Of a stretch of DNA of 64,000 nucleotides, positions 25,678-38,771 are shown piece by piece. Both the position numbers and the translations under genes were made by a program. The notes beneath the pieces are model-generated. The model was not told where the DNA came from and made no database searches. It saw nothing but the letters and a program-made list of their open reading frames with translations. Numbering within the stretch: the first letter of the stretch is position 1; each line of letters starts with the position of its first letter. The DNA is from the human T2T-CHM13v2.0 reference genome, Homo sapiens: the NCBI RefSeq assembly GCF_009914755.1, contig NC_060947.1, one strand, 5' to 3'.

Positions 25678-26191
25678 TATTTCAGTTACCTATTACTCTA
25701 TAATACCCTCTCCCCAAATGGTGGCTTAAAAGAACAATGATTTATTATTTCTCATGATGCCATGGGTGTCCAGGTGGTTCTCTTGCTGCACATGATTTTG
25801 ACTGTGGCCACTCATGCGGTTCCATTCAGCTGAGAGCTTGGCTGGGCCTGGAACAACCCATAACTCACATTCTTGGGCCTTGATGCTGACCTTTGACAGA
25901 AGCAGTTAATTTTTTCTCCATGTGGCTTCTCTCTCCACACAATATTTTATTATGCACTCTTCTGGTACAAGCTTCTTTACTTCATTTCTCTCTTCTAAGA
26001 CAGTGAGAAGATTCCAGGCCTCTTAAAGACTAGGCCTGGAATGAGTGTCACTTTCACTGCATTCTGTTGGTAAAAGTGAGTCACAGTACCAGCCCAAATT
26101 TAAGGAGAAGTGAAATTGGTTCCACCTCTGAAAAGGAGGAGATAAATGCATATAATGGTTGTTGGCAATTTTTGGAAACAATACATCACCA
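25678..26191 (-). mobile_element. MaLR LTR (MLT1G/H-like)
   Basis: tcagttacctatt...gtggcttaaaagaacaatgatttattatttctcatga...tcactttcactgcattctgttggtaaaag. Confidence 0.7.
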
Positions 26192-26239
26192 TGGAAAAGT
26201 CTGAAAGGAGACGGAGATTATAAGTCGTAAGATCAAATG

Positions 26240-26425
26240 AGACGTCAGAATATTTCAAACTGAGGAGCTCTTAAGAGAGCTTCTGGTCCATCGACATTGT
26301 TTTTCACATGAGAAAACTCAAGCCCAGAGAGAAAAACATGACCTATTTAAGATCATACATCTGCTTTGTACATAGTATCCCAGGTACAGTAATCCCAAAT
26401 CAGCTAGTGTTTTTCAGACTACATT
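26240..26425 (-). mobile_element. MIR
   Basis: ttttcacatgagaaaactcaagcccagagag core. Confidence 0.65.
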
Positions 26426-28489
26426 TCTGCTCCCTCTTTATGTAACAAAATGTAATCTATTCTTGAATTTCCCTCTTTCTTTCAACATTTTCAAGCTAAC
26501 ATTTCAATGAAATATAACTCATTTCCAGGGAACCTCATGGGTTTCTTACGCCTGTAGAAGAATAAGTAAATGGAGCACCATCTTAGGAAACCAAGACAGA
26601 AATTGGGCTCTGGCTATGTTTTATTTCTAGTGTCTTTTTCCCAAATAGATTCATGTTGTGCCATTTTATGTTATTCTTACTCTGTCAAGAGAATGAGTTG
26701 TTTGAATTTGAATGCCTCATATATTCTGTAAATTACAAATAGCAACATTTGGCTATACTATTTTGACCTTTTCGACAACGTATAATTTTCAGGGTATGCC
26801 ATTGCACGTCTCTTGTTTACGGCCTCAGTGAACTGTGGAAAAGAGGTGGCGTGGCCATCAAGTCAAAATATACAATACTGAGAAGGTCAAAATAATGTAT
26901 CATAAGACTATTTTTCAAAGCAAGGATTAAAATTAGGATAAATCTGTCTTATTACTCCCTTCCCCCTCCCATCATACACGCACAAGCAAATGTGATTTAA
27001 AAGACTGTGCATAAGATGATGCAGAAATGAATAATATAATGGCTAAAGTTGTACTATTTTTTTTACTTCATTTTGAGAAGGAATTATACTACGTATAGGC
27101 AGACTCTAGATCCACCTTACAAATAGGTTTGATAGTGCTACATTTATCAATCCTACTCTTGAAACTTTCTCAGGGATCTCAGGGATCTCTGATTATCTCT
27201 AATTATCCAAAATTTTAACTGCAAATTTAATTTTAATTTATTTTGATGTTAATATTGAAAAACCACTTAGCATATGCTTAGGAGAGGAATGGTTTATATC
27301 CAGAAATCAAAATAATTGTAGGGTTTAAACTTTACCAAAGTTAAAAATCATTACCTATTTCAGTGGCTTTCTCCTTTTAGTAGTGGAGCCATGTCTACAA
27401 AAGCAAATTAAAACCAAAGCCCTATATGAAAACACATTGAGGGGAAACAGCTTTAGCGAAGGAGAAAATCCCTAATGAGATCCCCATCCTATTAGGCCCC
27501 AGCCACTGCAATAGATCTCCTAAAGCTCTGCAGAGTGGCTTTTGAAAACCTCTGTTCCATTGCAATGTATAGCTGCCTAAAAGAGCAACTGACCCTCTAC
27601 CAAGTAAACCTTTGTTATTTTGTCCCAAGGAAGAATGAAACCCAGGATCTCCCTGAGCACAAAAGAGAGTTATTATTATTATTATTTAAAATTTCTTCTA
27701 AACCCACTATAGCAACCTTGACAATACTAGGCCCATGGGTTAGATTCCATTCAGTACTTCAGTCTACTTACAAACCTCACTCTTCAATATTGGGATCCTT
27801 TTAAGAGATCATATTGCTAAAATTAGCATAAATAACTGGTTTCGGAAACAGTAACCAAAGCTCATGGCCATAAGTTATAGATGTATGGATAGATTATTCA
27901 AATCACTTAGCCTTAATCATTAAATTCTTTCCCTTTTTATCAAATCAATACATAACTGTTTGAATTTCACATTGCCTCCATACTGCTACTTGAATATCAT
28001 AAGGTTTACCTCAAGTAGTTAATATTTGCCAGCTCTGAAAAAAAAATAGTCCTCAGGTGATGCACTTAAGGCATCAGAAGTTGGAAAGAACAGTTGTGAA
28101 GCCACCCACAGAAGGCCCTTCAGAAGCTGGCAGAAAAGAAAAAAAAAATGAAAGCTTTTTTTTTTTTCCTGATGACTTCTGAAAAGGAAGAAATGTGAAC
28201 TTATCCATTCCTCTCTATGTTCAACACTGGGAGCCTTATGCATTGATCAAGCATTGACATTTACAGATTCATTCTCAAAGCAGTGGGGGAAGTATTGACC
28301 AGTAACTATGAATTAAATCACAGTAAAACCACAGAAAAATAATTAGCAAATTACCTTCTTAAAGCAAAGAATACTTCCCTAAGTGTCAGGAGACAAACAA
28401 TAAGATCCCTGCTTGTCACAAAGAGGGTTGGTGATACTGGCAAGTAATTTACCTCTGTAACTCAGCTTTTTCTTTCTAATCCATAAAAT

Positions 28490-28810
28490 AGGGATTCATT
28501 CATTTAACAGATATTTATTGACCACTTGATATGTGTTAGGCACAATTCTAGGCATTGGAGGTATAGCATTTAGAAAGACTGATAAAGTTTGCCCTCACAG
28601 ACCTTACATTTTACTTGAGAGACAATTATTACCACAAACAAATATATAAAATGTTCACGGACTCTAATAAAGTTCTATGAAGAAAAAGCTAAATTATATG
28701 ATAGAAAATAACTGGGTGAGGCTATTTCATATAAGATCATCAGAGAACATCTTACTAAAGACATCACATTGAGGCTGAGAACTAGGGTAGGAATGAGCCA
28801 ACATTGGAAA
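28490..28810 (-). mobile_element. L2 3' fragment
   Basis: attcattcatttaacagatatttattgaccac...gtgttaggcacaattctaggcattgg. Confidence 0.7.
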
Positions 28811-29089
28811 AAGCTTGAGGAACTTACGAGAAAGGTCGACTTTCATTGGCCAATAAGGCCAATATTACAGACTAGGACAAATGTGGGCATAAACTTGAGA
28901 GAAGATGATTGGCCTTTATAACAACTGGACCCATGAAATTGGCTTCATTGGTAGCCTCTGGCTACCAGAAAATAAACAGAAGCTTACCACGAGTTAAAAT
29001 GTTTTAAAATTTAAAAATTATGTTCAGTTTCATAAGGCAAGAGATGTTAAGTGCATATATGTATGCTAGGTCCTTCCCATAGTGAGCAT

Positions 29090-29225
29090 TGAGCAAGTAA
29101 CCAGTGAAAAACATTGCAAAGGGGAGATCAATGATTAGATGTAGGTTGTAGCCACAGAATAGACCAATTGGACTATTATCCACTTGACCTTATTAGCACT
29201 GGTCTCTAAAAGCAACCAAAACTAG
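29090..29225 (-). mobile_element. Ancient tRNA-derived SINE (MamSINE1-like)
   Basis: cttgaccttattagcactggtctctaa resembles the antisense tRNA-like head cttggcctcattagcaccatgctctaa. Confidence 0.45.
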
Positions 29226-29376
29226 GTGGCAAAAACCTTAGGGTAGTGTTTCCCTCTAATCCAGCAAGACACACTTAGAAGCAAGAGTTTTATTATCAAC
29301 TAAATTTAGGAAAGGGCTTACACCCTCTCTTCATCTTAGACATTTATATTGAATGTTGGTCCATCCAAATCTCTGC

Positions 29377-29686
29377 AGCCAGGCATGGTGGTTCATGCCT
29401 GTAATCCTAGCATTTTGGGAGGCCAAGATGGAGGATCATTTAAGGCCAGGAGTTGGAGAACAGTTTGGGCAAATTAGTAAGACCCCTATCTCTACAAAAA
29501 AAAATAAATAAATAAAATTAGCTTGGTGTCATGATGTGTACCTGTAGTTTCAGCTACTTGGGAGGCTGAGGAGGGGAATGCTTAAGCCCAGGAGTTTGAG
29601 GCTGCAGTCAGCTGTGATGGTGCCACTCTAGCCTGGGTGACAGAATGAGACCCTGTCTCTAAAAAAATTTAAATTTAAATTTAAAA
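29377..29686 (+). mobile_element. AluJ
   Basis: Divergent Alu dimer with J diagnostics (gcccaggagtttgaggctgcagt). Confidence 0.9.
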
Positions 29687-29778
29687 CAGCCTCCGCAATA
29701 TCATATAATAAAGAAACTGGTTGAACATTGTTTAATTCATCATTTCTGTATTTCAACATGGAATACTTTACATGGTAA

Positions 29779-29852
29779 TGTGTATGTGTGTGTGTGTGTG
29801 TACATGTGCTTGTGTATATGTGTCTGTAGGGGTGGCATGCATGTATGTATGT
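29779..29852 (+). repeat. Degenerate (TG)n/(TATG)n repeat
   Basis: Directly visible. Confidence 0.8.
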
Positions 29853-29982
29853 ACTGTATCCATGTTTGTTATATTCACCAACATCTCACTGAGCACACTG
29901 TATGAAAAGCTAGGTATGAGTTTTGGTAATGTGTGTGAAAACCAAATGGATTCTGTCTTTGGTAGCACTGAACTTTACCCCA

Positions 29983-30438
29983 TGTGGTGGATACAGTAAT
30001 GCCTCCTCAAAAAATGTCCACAGTCTAATCCCTGGAACCTGTGAGTATATCACCTTCACGGCAAAGGTGAATTAACATTGCAGCTGGAATTACCTTGTGT
30101 TATCTGAGTGGGCATGGATTATAAGGGTACTTAAAAGTGAAAGAGAGAGGCAGAAGAATAGGTCAGAGTGATATGATGTCATGTCAGAAGGACTGAACTT
30201 ACTGATGCTGACTTTGAAGATGGTGGAAGGGGTCACTAGCCAAGGATTGTGGCAGCTACCGGAAGCTGGATAAAACAAGAAAACAGATTGTTACCTAGAG
30301 TATCGAGAAAGGGATACAGTCCTGCCAACACTTGATTTTCGCCCCAGACTTGTGACGTACAGAACTGTGAAACAATAAACTTGTGTTGTTTTGCCACAAA
30401 CTTTGTGATAACTTGCACAGCAATAGATAACTAATAGA
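29983..30438 (+). mobile_element. MaLR solo LTR (MLT1D-like)
   Basis: tgtggtgg...taatccctggaacctgtga...ctttgaagatgg...aataaacttgtgttgtttt...ctaata. Confidence 0.85.
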
Positions 30439-31044
30439 CTTCATCTTATGAGTAGGAATGCACTGCACTGAAAGAGGAACCAACACCATATAGAGAGTCC
30501 ATTTAGTGGATTACTTTGTTGATATGACAAAGGAAATGTAGTTTCCTCAGCTACATTGACTGAGATACACTAGTGAAGTTGACCACTCACATTTACATTA
30601 TGAATGCAAATCAAGATCTAACTAAGCTTTATTAGGCAGGCAAATCATTTCACTTATCAGGATTTTCATATTTTTTACTGATTCTGTTTAACCAGCTCTT
30701 ATGATTCGAGAAAAGGTCATTGGTCATGTTGACATAACAATTTTCTATCACATCAGTTTTGGAGCTCCACAAGGACATCATAAGTATGAATAATGTCTAT
30801 TTTTACTCATTTCATTTCTGCAGCAAGTATTCTTGGGTCCTGCTTCTTGAAAGCTGGAAGGAATTTTCTAGGAAGTCTCTTTCCTGTAGGCTATTTTGTG
30901 CTGTCCTATATATATATACAAAAAGAGCTCTTATAGACCTAGCCCCAGTATGACATGTACTTTGAGTTTTTTTCTAGCCACAAAGAATTTTCTCTGATTT
31001 ACCCACCCACCCACATGTGTCCTCTCCATAATAAATAGCTGGCA

Positions 31045-31170
31045 TTTCATTGGTCAGCATAAGATGACAGACTGGGACAATGACTTTGGCCATGGACCAG
31101 AAAGAAGCTGAATGGCCTTTATAACAACTGGACCCGTGAACTTGGCCTCATTAGTAGCCAGATGAACTAA
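31045..31170 (-). mobile_element. MamSINE1-like fragment with a paralogous copy at ~28838-28956
   Basis: tggccatggaccagaaagaagctgaatggcc...gacccgtgaacttggcctcattag. Confidence 0.45.
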
Positions 31171-32258
31171 GAGGAAAAACAAATATTTCTACTTTAACTT
31201 TGAGAATGACTGTCTTAGCATCTTCTAGTTAGCACAATATTGAGCAGGAGACTATCTCTCCCATTTATCAAACATCTTGAAATAAACACCAAGTGGATGA
31301 GACTCTGTTAATATCTAATGCTCAACTGAATGTTTTAAAAAGAAAATATTTTGTGTTTTTTAAATTGAACACCTCTCTATTTATATATTAGGAACTACGT
31401 TTATACAGGTCCTTTTACAAGTGGTTGGCTCCTTGAGTAATACCTAAGAGAGACTAAAAACTTGAGTAAGCCAAACTTAAAATACTTTGTGTGATACGAA
31501 TACTTAACGACTCGAATTTCAAACTGTTAATGTCTTTTCTCTCTAATTTCAGTCCTCTCTAATTTCAGTTCTCTCTAATTTCACCCAGAAATATGGCATT
31601 TCTGGGTGAAAAACTGTCACAAGCAGCTTTTGTTTTTATGGATTATTAATATGTTCCAATTGAACAATAATTAAAATAGGTATTGTAATTGGACACAGGC
31701 CCTTCAACTCTCCTCCGGGGTTTCTTATTGAACTCTGGTCAGTGGTGAGAACTAGCTCTAGAATCTATTGGTGAATTCTGTTCCAACAGAGCTGGCTCTC
31801 TGAGTCATAAGATGACATTTCTCTGGTGTTTTCCTGTAGATAGGAAACCTTTTTCTATATCTTTTGGAAACATGGAGAACAAAGTGGTACTTCAACTGTG
31901 GCTTTTCTTTTATTTGCCTCATAAAATCCCATGAAGTATTAGTAACCATATTTCTTGAACTAAAAATTAGAATGATTACCTAAATTGTCTTTTCCCTAAT
32001 TTGTGAATTTATTTGTCTAGAAATCTTACAAAGGTGTAAAAATTAAATCGCATTTTGTTATATATTTAACATATCACATTTACTGAAAAGAAAAAATTCA
32101 TGAGATGAGGGCAGTTCAAGAAAAATTCAAGTAATAAGAGTAATTAATTCTTCAAAGGAGTGTCAGACAATATCTGCAAATAATTACGAGAGAAATAATC
32201 CAGCAATGCCAGATTTCTTTTTCTGTATAATAACATATAGTCAAAAGAACCAGATGAC

Positions 32259-33471
32259 TATATATATTTTTATACTTTAAGTTCTGGGGTACAAGTGCAG
32301 AACATGCAGTTTTTTTTACATAGGTATACATGTGCCATGGTGGTTTGCTGCACACATCAACCCATCACCTACATTAGGTATTTCTCCTAATGCTACCCCT
32401 CCCCTAGGCCCCCAACCCCCAACATGCCCTGGTGTGTGATGTTCCTTCCCTGCATCCATGTGTTCTCATTGTTCAACTCCCACTTACGAGTGAGATCATG
32501 CAGCATTTGGTTTTCTGTTCTTGTGATAGTTTGCTGGGAATCATGATTTCCAGCTTGATCCATGTCCCTGCAAAGGACATGAACTCATCCTTTTTTATGG
32601 CTGCATAGTATTCCATGGTGTATATGTGCCACATTTTCTTTATCCAGTCTATCATTGATGGACATTTGGGTTGGTTCCAAGTCTTTGCTATTGTGAATAA
32701 TGCCGCAATAAACATACGTGTGCATGTGTCTTTATAGTAGAATTATTTATAATCCTTTGGGTATATACCCAGTAATGGGATTGCTGGGTCAAATGGTATT
32801 TCTAGTTCTAGATCCTTGAGGAATTGCCACACTGTCTTCCACAATGATTGAACTAATTTACACTCCCACCAACAGCATAAAAGCGTTCCTATTTCTCCAC
32901 ATCCTCTCTAGCATCTGTTGTTTCCTGACTTTTTAATGATCGGCATTCTAACTGGCGTGAGATGGTACCTCATTGTAGTTTTGATTTGCATTTCTCTAAC
33001 GACCAGTGATGATGAGCAGTTTTTCATATGTTTGTTGGCTGTATAAATGTCTTCTTTTGAGAAGTGTCTGTTCATATCTTTTGCCCAGTTTTTGATGGGG
33101 TTGTTTGTTTTTTTCTTGTAAATTTGTATAAGTTCTTTGTAGATTCAGGATATTAGCCCTTTGTCAGATGGATAGATTGCAAAAATTTTATCTCATTCTA
33201 TGGGCTGCCTGTTCACTCTGATACTAGTTTCTTTTGCTGTGCAGAAGCTTTTTAGTTTAATTAGATCCCATTTGTCAATTTTGGCTTTTGTTGTCATTGC
33301 TTTTGGTGTTTTAGACATGAAATATTTGCCCGTGCCTATGTCCTGAATGGTATTTCCTAGGTTTTCTTCTAGGATTTTTATGGTTTTAAGTCTTACGTTT
33401 AAGTCTTCAATCCATCTTGAGTTGATTTTCGTACAAGGTGTAATGAAGGGGTCTTGTTTCAGTTTTCTGCA
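32259..33471 (-). mobile_element. 5'-truncated L1PA (L1PA7-like), ~1.2 kb
   Basis: ORF 32473..32715 = ORF2p C-terminus (MFIAALFTIAKTWNQPKCPSMIDWIKKMWHIYTMEYY); primate L1 3' UTR. Confidence 0.93.
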
Positions 33472-33784
33472 AACTAATTTAGTTTTTCTATCAAATCATG
33501 TGAAATGGCAGCAGAATGGGGAAGGCTTGTGTTCACTAAGTACAAGTCTGTGTGTTGTCAGAAAAATGATGAGTCAAAAACAGCCTGCTTTTAACAAATG
33601 TCAGTCTACTATTAATGGGTATTTTCTAAGAAAAATTGGTGTCTGGCTAATTTTCTACCTTCAGTGTTTGGCCAACTAACCAAAGACTGTCTCACTAGAT
33701 TACAACCTGAAAAGCTACCTATCCCAGTTTCAGATTTACAAGCAATAAGCGTTGGAACCCTGATGTTGAGTTTATCAAGTACAG

Positions 33785-33920
33785 GAGAAGCAGCATGATC
33801 CAATGTAATCTAGACATGGGTGGGGCATCAAGAAACTGCATGTTTCTCACCCTGCTGAATCTTCAGCAAGTTGCCACATCCTTCTGTGTCTTAGTTTATA
33901 CTTTTACCAAATGGGGGCAG
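33785..33920 (+). mobile_element. MIR fragment
   Basis: gaagcagcatg...cagcaagttgccacatccttctgtgtcttagttt. Confidence 0.5.
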
Positions 33921-34723
33921 GAGGAATGCCTGTTAGGGCATGGCTAAAAACAAGCAAACAAACAAAACAAAACAAAAAATAAAAAACTAAAACCTTATAT
34001 GTGGTAGAATACTTTGAAGCAGATACAACAAAAGTCCAGAGACATAGACTGTTATTTATAAATAAGCATTACGTTACAACTCACGATACTAAGTGTAGCT
34101 AAGATATATGAGCAGAAATTTCCCAGAGGTATACAGGTAGCCCAAGAAGCAAAAGCGGACAGTAAAAGGAGGCACATGAGGAGAAACTACTGTGGCCCAG
34201 TGGGATGGAGACAGCAACAAAGGGAAGCAAAGAGTTAATAGAGGTTTTGCTTTACAGTTCTACTTAACCAACTTTCTAAGGACCAGCAGCATCAGTAAGC
34301 CACTGTAAACAAAGGTTCTACTTTCTTTAATTTGTTTAAAACATTAACTTTTGTCAGCCTTCAGGGCTGATCCAGCTAGATCAAATCAATTGAATCAGGG
34401 TTGAAAAGGGGAGCTGAGAGAGGAAAAAAAACAACAAAAAACATTAAAACAGGAATAAAGGTGGTGCGTAAGAAGAACTTTGTAAATTGTCTAGCACTAT
34501 GAACATGTCAGGAAGAAAATAAATAGTAATGATAATAATGCTACTCCTAGGCTCTGATCACAGAGTTTCTTTTCTTTAGGGACATCCATGAGTTTGTAGC
34601 CATTTCCATCTTCACAGCCCCTGGGAAGTCAGAGAGGAAGTGTGTTCACTGATCACAACATCTATTTGCTGAAGACAGAACCACAGACCAAGACTTTTCT
34701 GATAAGGTCAAAAGACACTCATA

Positions 34724-34874
34724 CTACAGTTCTTAATCATCTGGCAATCACAGATCCTTTTGAGAATCTAATGGTAACTAAAGAAACTCTGTAGATAAAA
34801 TAAAATCCATAAACTGAAAACTGCATGTAATTTCGGGTGATTCATGATATCTTGAATCTCAGGCTGCAAACCTG
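34724..34874 (+). mobile_element. Old hAT MITE (Charlie4z-like)
   Basis: tcacagatccttttgagaatctaatg...tgcatgtaatttcgggtgattcatga. Confidence 0.55.
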
Positions 34875-36049
34875 TTTATCACTGCCCTATGCTCATATCT
34901 TCTTATATGCTAATTTCCCAGCTTCACCATTGAGGAGGAGGATCAGTGAAGATACTAAAGTTTTGTACTTTTTTTTTCTGACATAGACACTTAGACCTTA
35001 AAAAAAAAATTTACCAACTGTCAGGTCAGGGATTGGCAACATAGGACACAACTGGAATGCAACTGATGATAAGTGTTTTGGGAGCTCACTGGGGGCTAAA
35101 GTGGTTGAGGAATTTTCAGTGAGTCTCAAGGATCTGAGCTGGGCTCCTAATATTTGAATCAGAAGAGATGGAAGACAATACTTTCTCATTTTATTACATA
35201 AGACTATCTTGACTAGGCAAAGATAGGGGTGTGGTGGGAAAGAAAACCACGAACCTGTGACTAGGGAGTGTTGAGGGTGGAACAGCTATGACCTGAATCC
35301 CTTGACATCTGCTTTGTGGCTTTGCAGCAGGAAAATAGATCTAGATTATGAGTAAAATTAAAAGAGAAAATACTGTATAAACCTGTAAGAAGTGCACCTT
35401 TATCCTTGTGACTTGCTTCAATATGTAATGAGAAGATTCTGGGCTGTGCTTGAATTCACAGAAAATTTATTCCTGAAGAAGTTGTATGGCTGTCAGAAGG
35501 GTTTAGAAGTTTGTAAGGTGCAAAAATGGGTTTCTGAGAGAAGAACAAAGGCAACAAGTCAGGAGAAGGAAGGAGAAGGGGATATGAATAAATAAAAGAC
35601 CAGCTCAAACATTTCCTTTTGAATGTATAATTCAGTCTCTGGAAACAGCTGGTTGTGATGGTTTTCCCCAGCCAACCATGTTTTCACCAGGTGCATATTG
35701 TTTTCTTAGACAGCAAATAAACCTGCACAGCAGTAATTCAGCAAAAAGGAACTTTATTCTTCTTGCATTGGACAGGGAATTTTCATTTAATCCATCATTC
35801 TGAACTTGCTGCACTGTTTTAAAAAGTCACAGCAAGTTATTCAGGGTTGCCTTTGACAGCAGCCTCAAAACACAGGGAAGAATTTGCCCATGATTACAAG
35901 ATGGCATGACATCTGGAGAAATCAGGTGTCATCCAGGTATTGGGTATCCAGGATGTCAAACACGTGGATGCAATGAACTACTTTTAGAAGGTCAGTGAAA
36001 GCACCTGCTTAGAAATGGTTTGGTTGACCTTTTCAGTTTGCATATATAT

Positions 36050-37560
36050 TTTTGTGCAGGTCACATCCCTAATAAATGAAAATCTCTTTGAAAACAGAAT
36101 CCATTTGATACCCCACTATACCAATTAGAGTGTCATGCACATAGGAGACAACAAATAAATACAAGAGTGAGTGGTGATATTTAGGACAGACTTTGAAACA
36201 ATCATTCCTACAGTCACTAAAACACTTTTTATCACCTACTGTGTGCCAGCCACATGCCTTGGGTTACACAAATAAATTTCATAGACGTTTTTTGCAAGGA
36301 GCTCACATCCAAGTAGATGATACAGACAAATAAATAAAGTGCATAGTGAGTAACTGTGTGATAAGGATGTGCACTGTCCTAAACGATTTTAGAGGAGGAG
36401 CAGCTAACTTGGATTGGAGGACTGAACAGGAGTGAAGGCAGAGATCAGATGTTGTGGGACTAGCTAGGATAGTATTAGTAAGAAACTTAAAATCAGGCCC
36501 CAGATTTTGAGAACAGGGTGTGTTTCCACTAGATGCAAGGATATGTTGTGTAAGTTTATAGAAATCAAAAGACAGGTGTGTTTTGAAAGGCAATGTTGCC
36601 AGTAATTAAGTAGGCATTATTTGTTCCTTTATTGACTCCAAGGTACCACACTAAGTGGAATGGAGTAGATAATCAACATGAAGTGTCCACAGATCATTCT
36701 CTCAAGAAACTCACTGTCTAGTGTTAGTAGAAAAGACAATCATACAAATAACAATTAGATATGCTACTGTAAACACAGTGATGAAGTTTTTCCCTAATTT
36801 CAAATTTATGTATGCAGCTCCTTACTGGATGTTTAAACTTGGTGGTCCTGCTAGTATCTCTAGTTCAAGTATAGTCAAAATTCTCATGGCTAGCACTCAG
36901 AACCTCCCAAAATCTCATTGAACATTGCTACTACTCTTTTCAGGCATTTATTCATTCTATAATGCAAATTTGAATGCTTGCTGTTTTCTGCACTTGCTCT
37001 ATCATTTCACACCAATGTGTCTGTGTTCATCCTGTTTCCTCTATTAGGACACCTTTTCTACCATTTCTACATATCCAAATCCTATCCCAGACTTCAAGGA
37101 ACCACTAAAAAGCCAGGACATTTCTGATTCCCACTCTGTCATTCAAAAAAAACAAAAACAAAAACAAACAAACCTGGAAGTGACTGCTACTTCACTCGAG
37201 CTTTCATAGCATTTTTTTCTGTACTTCTCTCATACTAGAAAGACAAATTTGGGTCTCATTCATACAGAGATAACAACTGAAACCTTACACTAAAATTAAA
37301 TTGCTAAAAGGCAAGATAGAGAGATATAACAGAAGAATCAAAGTCAGAGGTTAGGAAAACACACTTAGGGGGTTGAGGAGAAAAGGAGCCAGGGAAGAGG
37401 ACAGATAGATAGCAAAGAACTGAAAAATAAAGAACAAGGAGAAAGGGATGCCTAATGGTGATGAATAAGGCAGAAACATCAAGAAAGAGAAATGCACAAA
37501 TAATGAATATCTGTTGAATGAATGAAATAATGAAGAAGGAATGAACAAGTGAAAGAAGTC
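36050..37560. mobile_element. Cluster of L2 fragments in both orientations
   Basis: cacctactgtgtgccagcc, ctctcaagaaactcactgtctag, tatctgttgaatgaatgaa. Confidence 0.55.
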
Positions 37561-37649
37561 ATGAATGGAGAGGCCATTGGATTTATCGGATAGGAGGTCT
37601 TTGGTGGGGAAAGAGTGTTGACTTGGAGAAATTTTGAGGGTAGAAGAAA

Positions 37650-37860
37650 ATATAGAGAATTAGAATCTGAACATATAGACTAGACTCCTGGGTCTTCTAC
37701 TGTGTAGCTTTAAGCAAATAACCTCTATGAAACTCTTTTTCTGTTCTAAAAATGAGAGAAACACCTACAATTACCTCCTTCACCTATATCCTGGGGATAA
37801 GAATACAAGCAAAAGACCCTAGCAAAAATAAAGTGCTATACAAATGTAAAATAGTATAAT
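37650..37860 (+). mobile_element. MIR
   Basis: ctgtgtagctttaagcaaataacctct...taaaaatgag...aaagtgctatacaaatgtaa. Confidence 0.6.
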
Positions 37861-38469
37861 TAGCAACATTTAAAAGAGCTCCACAAATGAGAAGGCATTC
37901 AATCATCAGTCCAAAGAAATATTAGTAACAATGAGTTTGCAGAGATCCAGTTTACAGATGTCATGACTTGCTGTGCATCTGCTGGAATTGAGCTCAGTAC
38001 CAGGTATCATTATGTATTGGATTTTGTTTTCAGCTAGTATCCCATTAGACAGCTTTGCAGCATATCTTGCTTTAGAAACTCAATTATTACATTTAGTAAA
38101 AGAAGAAAAGAGATTTATCTTCTGCGAGTCTCTTTAGGATTGGTGTAGCTTTTCTCACCACTACTTGTAGAAATCATAGTCATAGAACCAAAGTGTTTCA
38201 GACCAGCATTTCTCAGCTTCCAGGTTACCATATACTAATGACACATTTCAAGTACTTGGTTACTAGTAAAAAGTTGTAAGTAGATTCAAGTATAACCCTA
38301 TGATAACATCATCCACTGGCTTATATTTTTATCTAAATTCTTGAATGGGAGAGAAAGGTTAGTATGTCAGGAATCATTTATAACTTGCCTTACCTATGCT
38401 ACCACCCAAGCATCTATACAACTTTCACCATGAGTGCCCTGGTAGAAAAAAGATAAAGAATCAACTGTA

Positions 38470-38630
38470 TCTTCAGAGATCATCTAGTCTTATACTATCA
38501 TTTATAGGTGAGGAAAGTAAGGCCCAGAAAAAGGGAGGGATTTTCCCAAGAACCCACAAGTAGTTAGAAGCAGGGGCAGAGTTGGAACACAGATCTTCTC
38601 ATCCTAGTCCAAAGTCCTTTCCACCATATA
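38470..38630 (-). mobile_element. MIR
   Basis: gagatcatctagtc...tttataggtgaggaaagtaaggcccaga. Confidence 0.75.
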
Positions 38631-38771
38631 ACCTTTTCTCAAAGTGTGTGAATGTGCAAGGTGCTATACACACATACACATATTCATGTATGCATATATA
38701 CACGTGTATATTGGGGAATAATCAAATAAATCTAGACCATAAAAGATCCTATACCATCCTCTTGAAGATTC

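Noticed and set aside
31113-31170. tRNA-like sequence on the minus strand
   Set aside because: Degenerate SINE head; no complete cloverleaf
35799-35935. Small stems aacttgctg/cagcaagtt and atgacatctg/caggtgtcat
   Set aside because: 9-10 bp stems are expected by chance in 64 kb; no further support without conservation data
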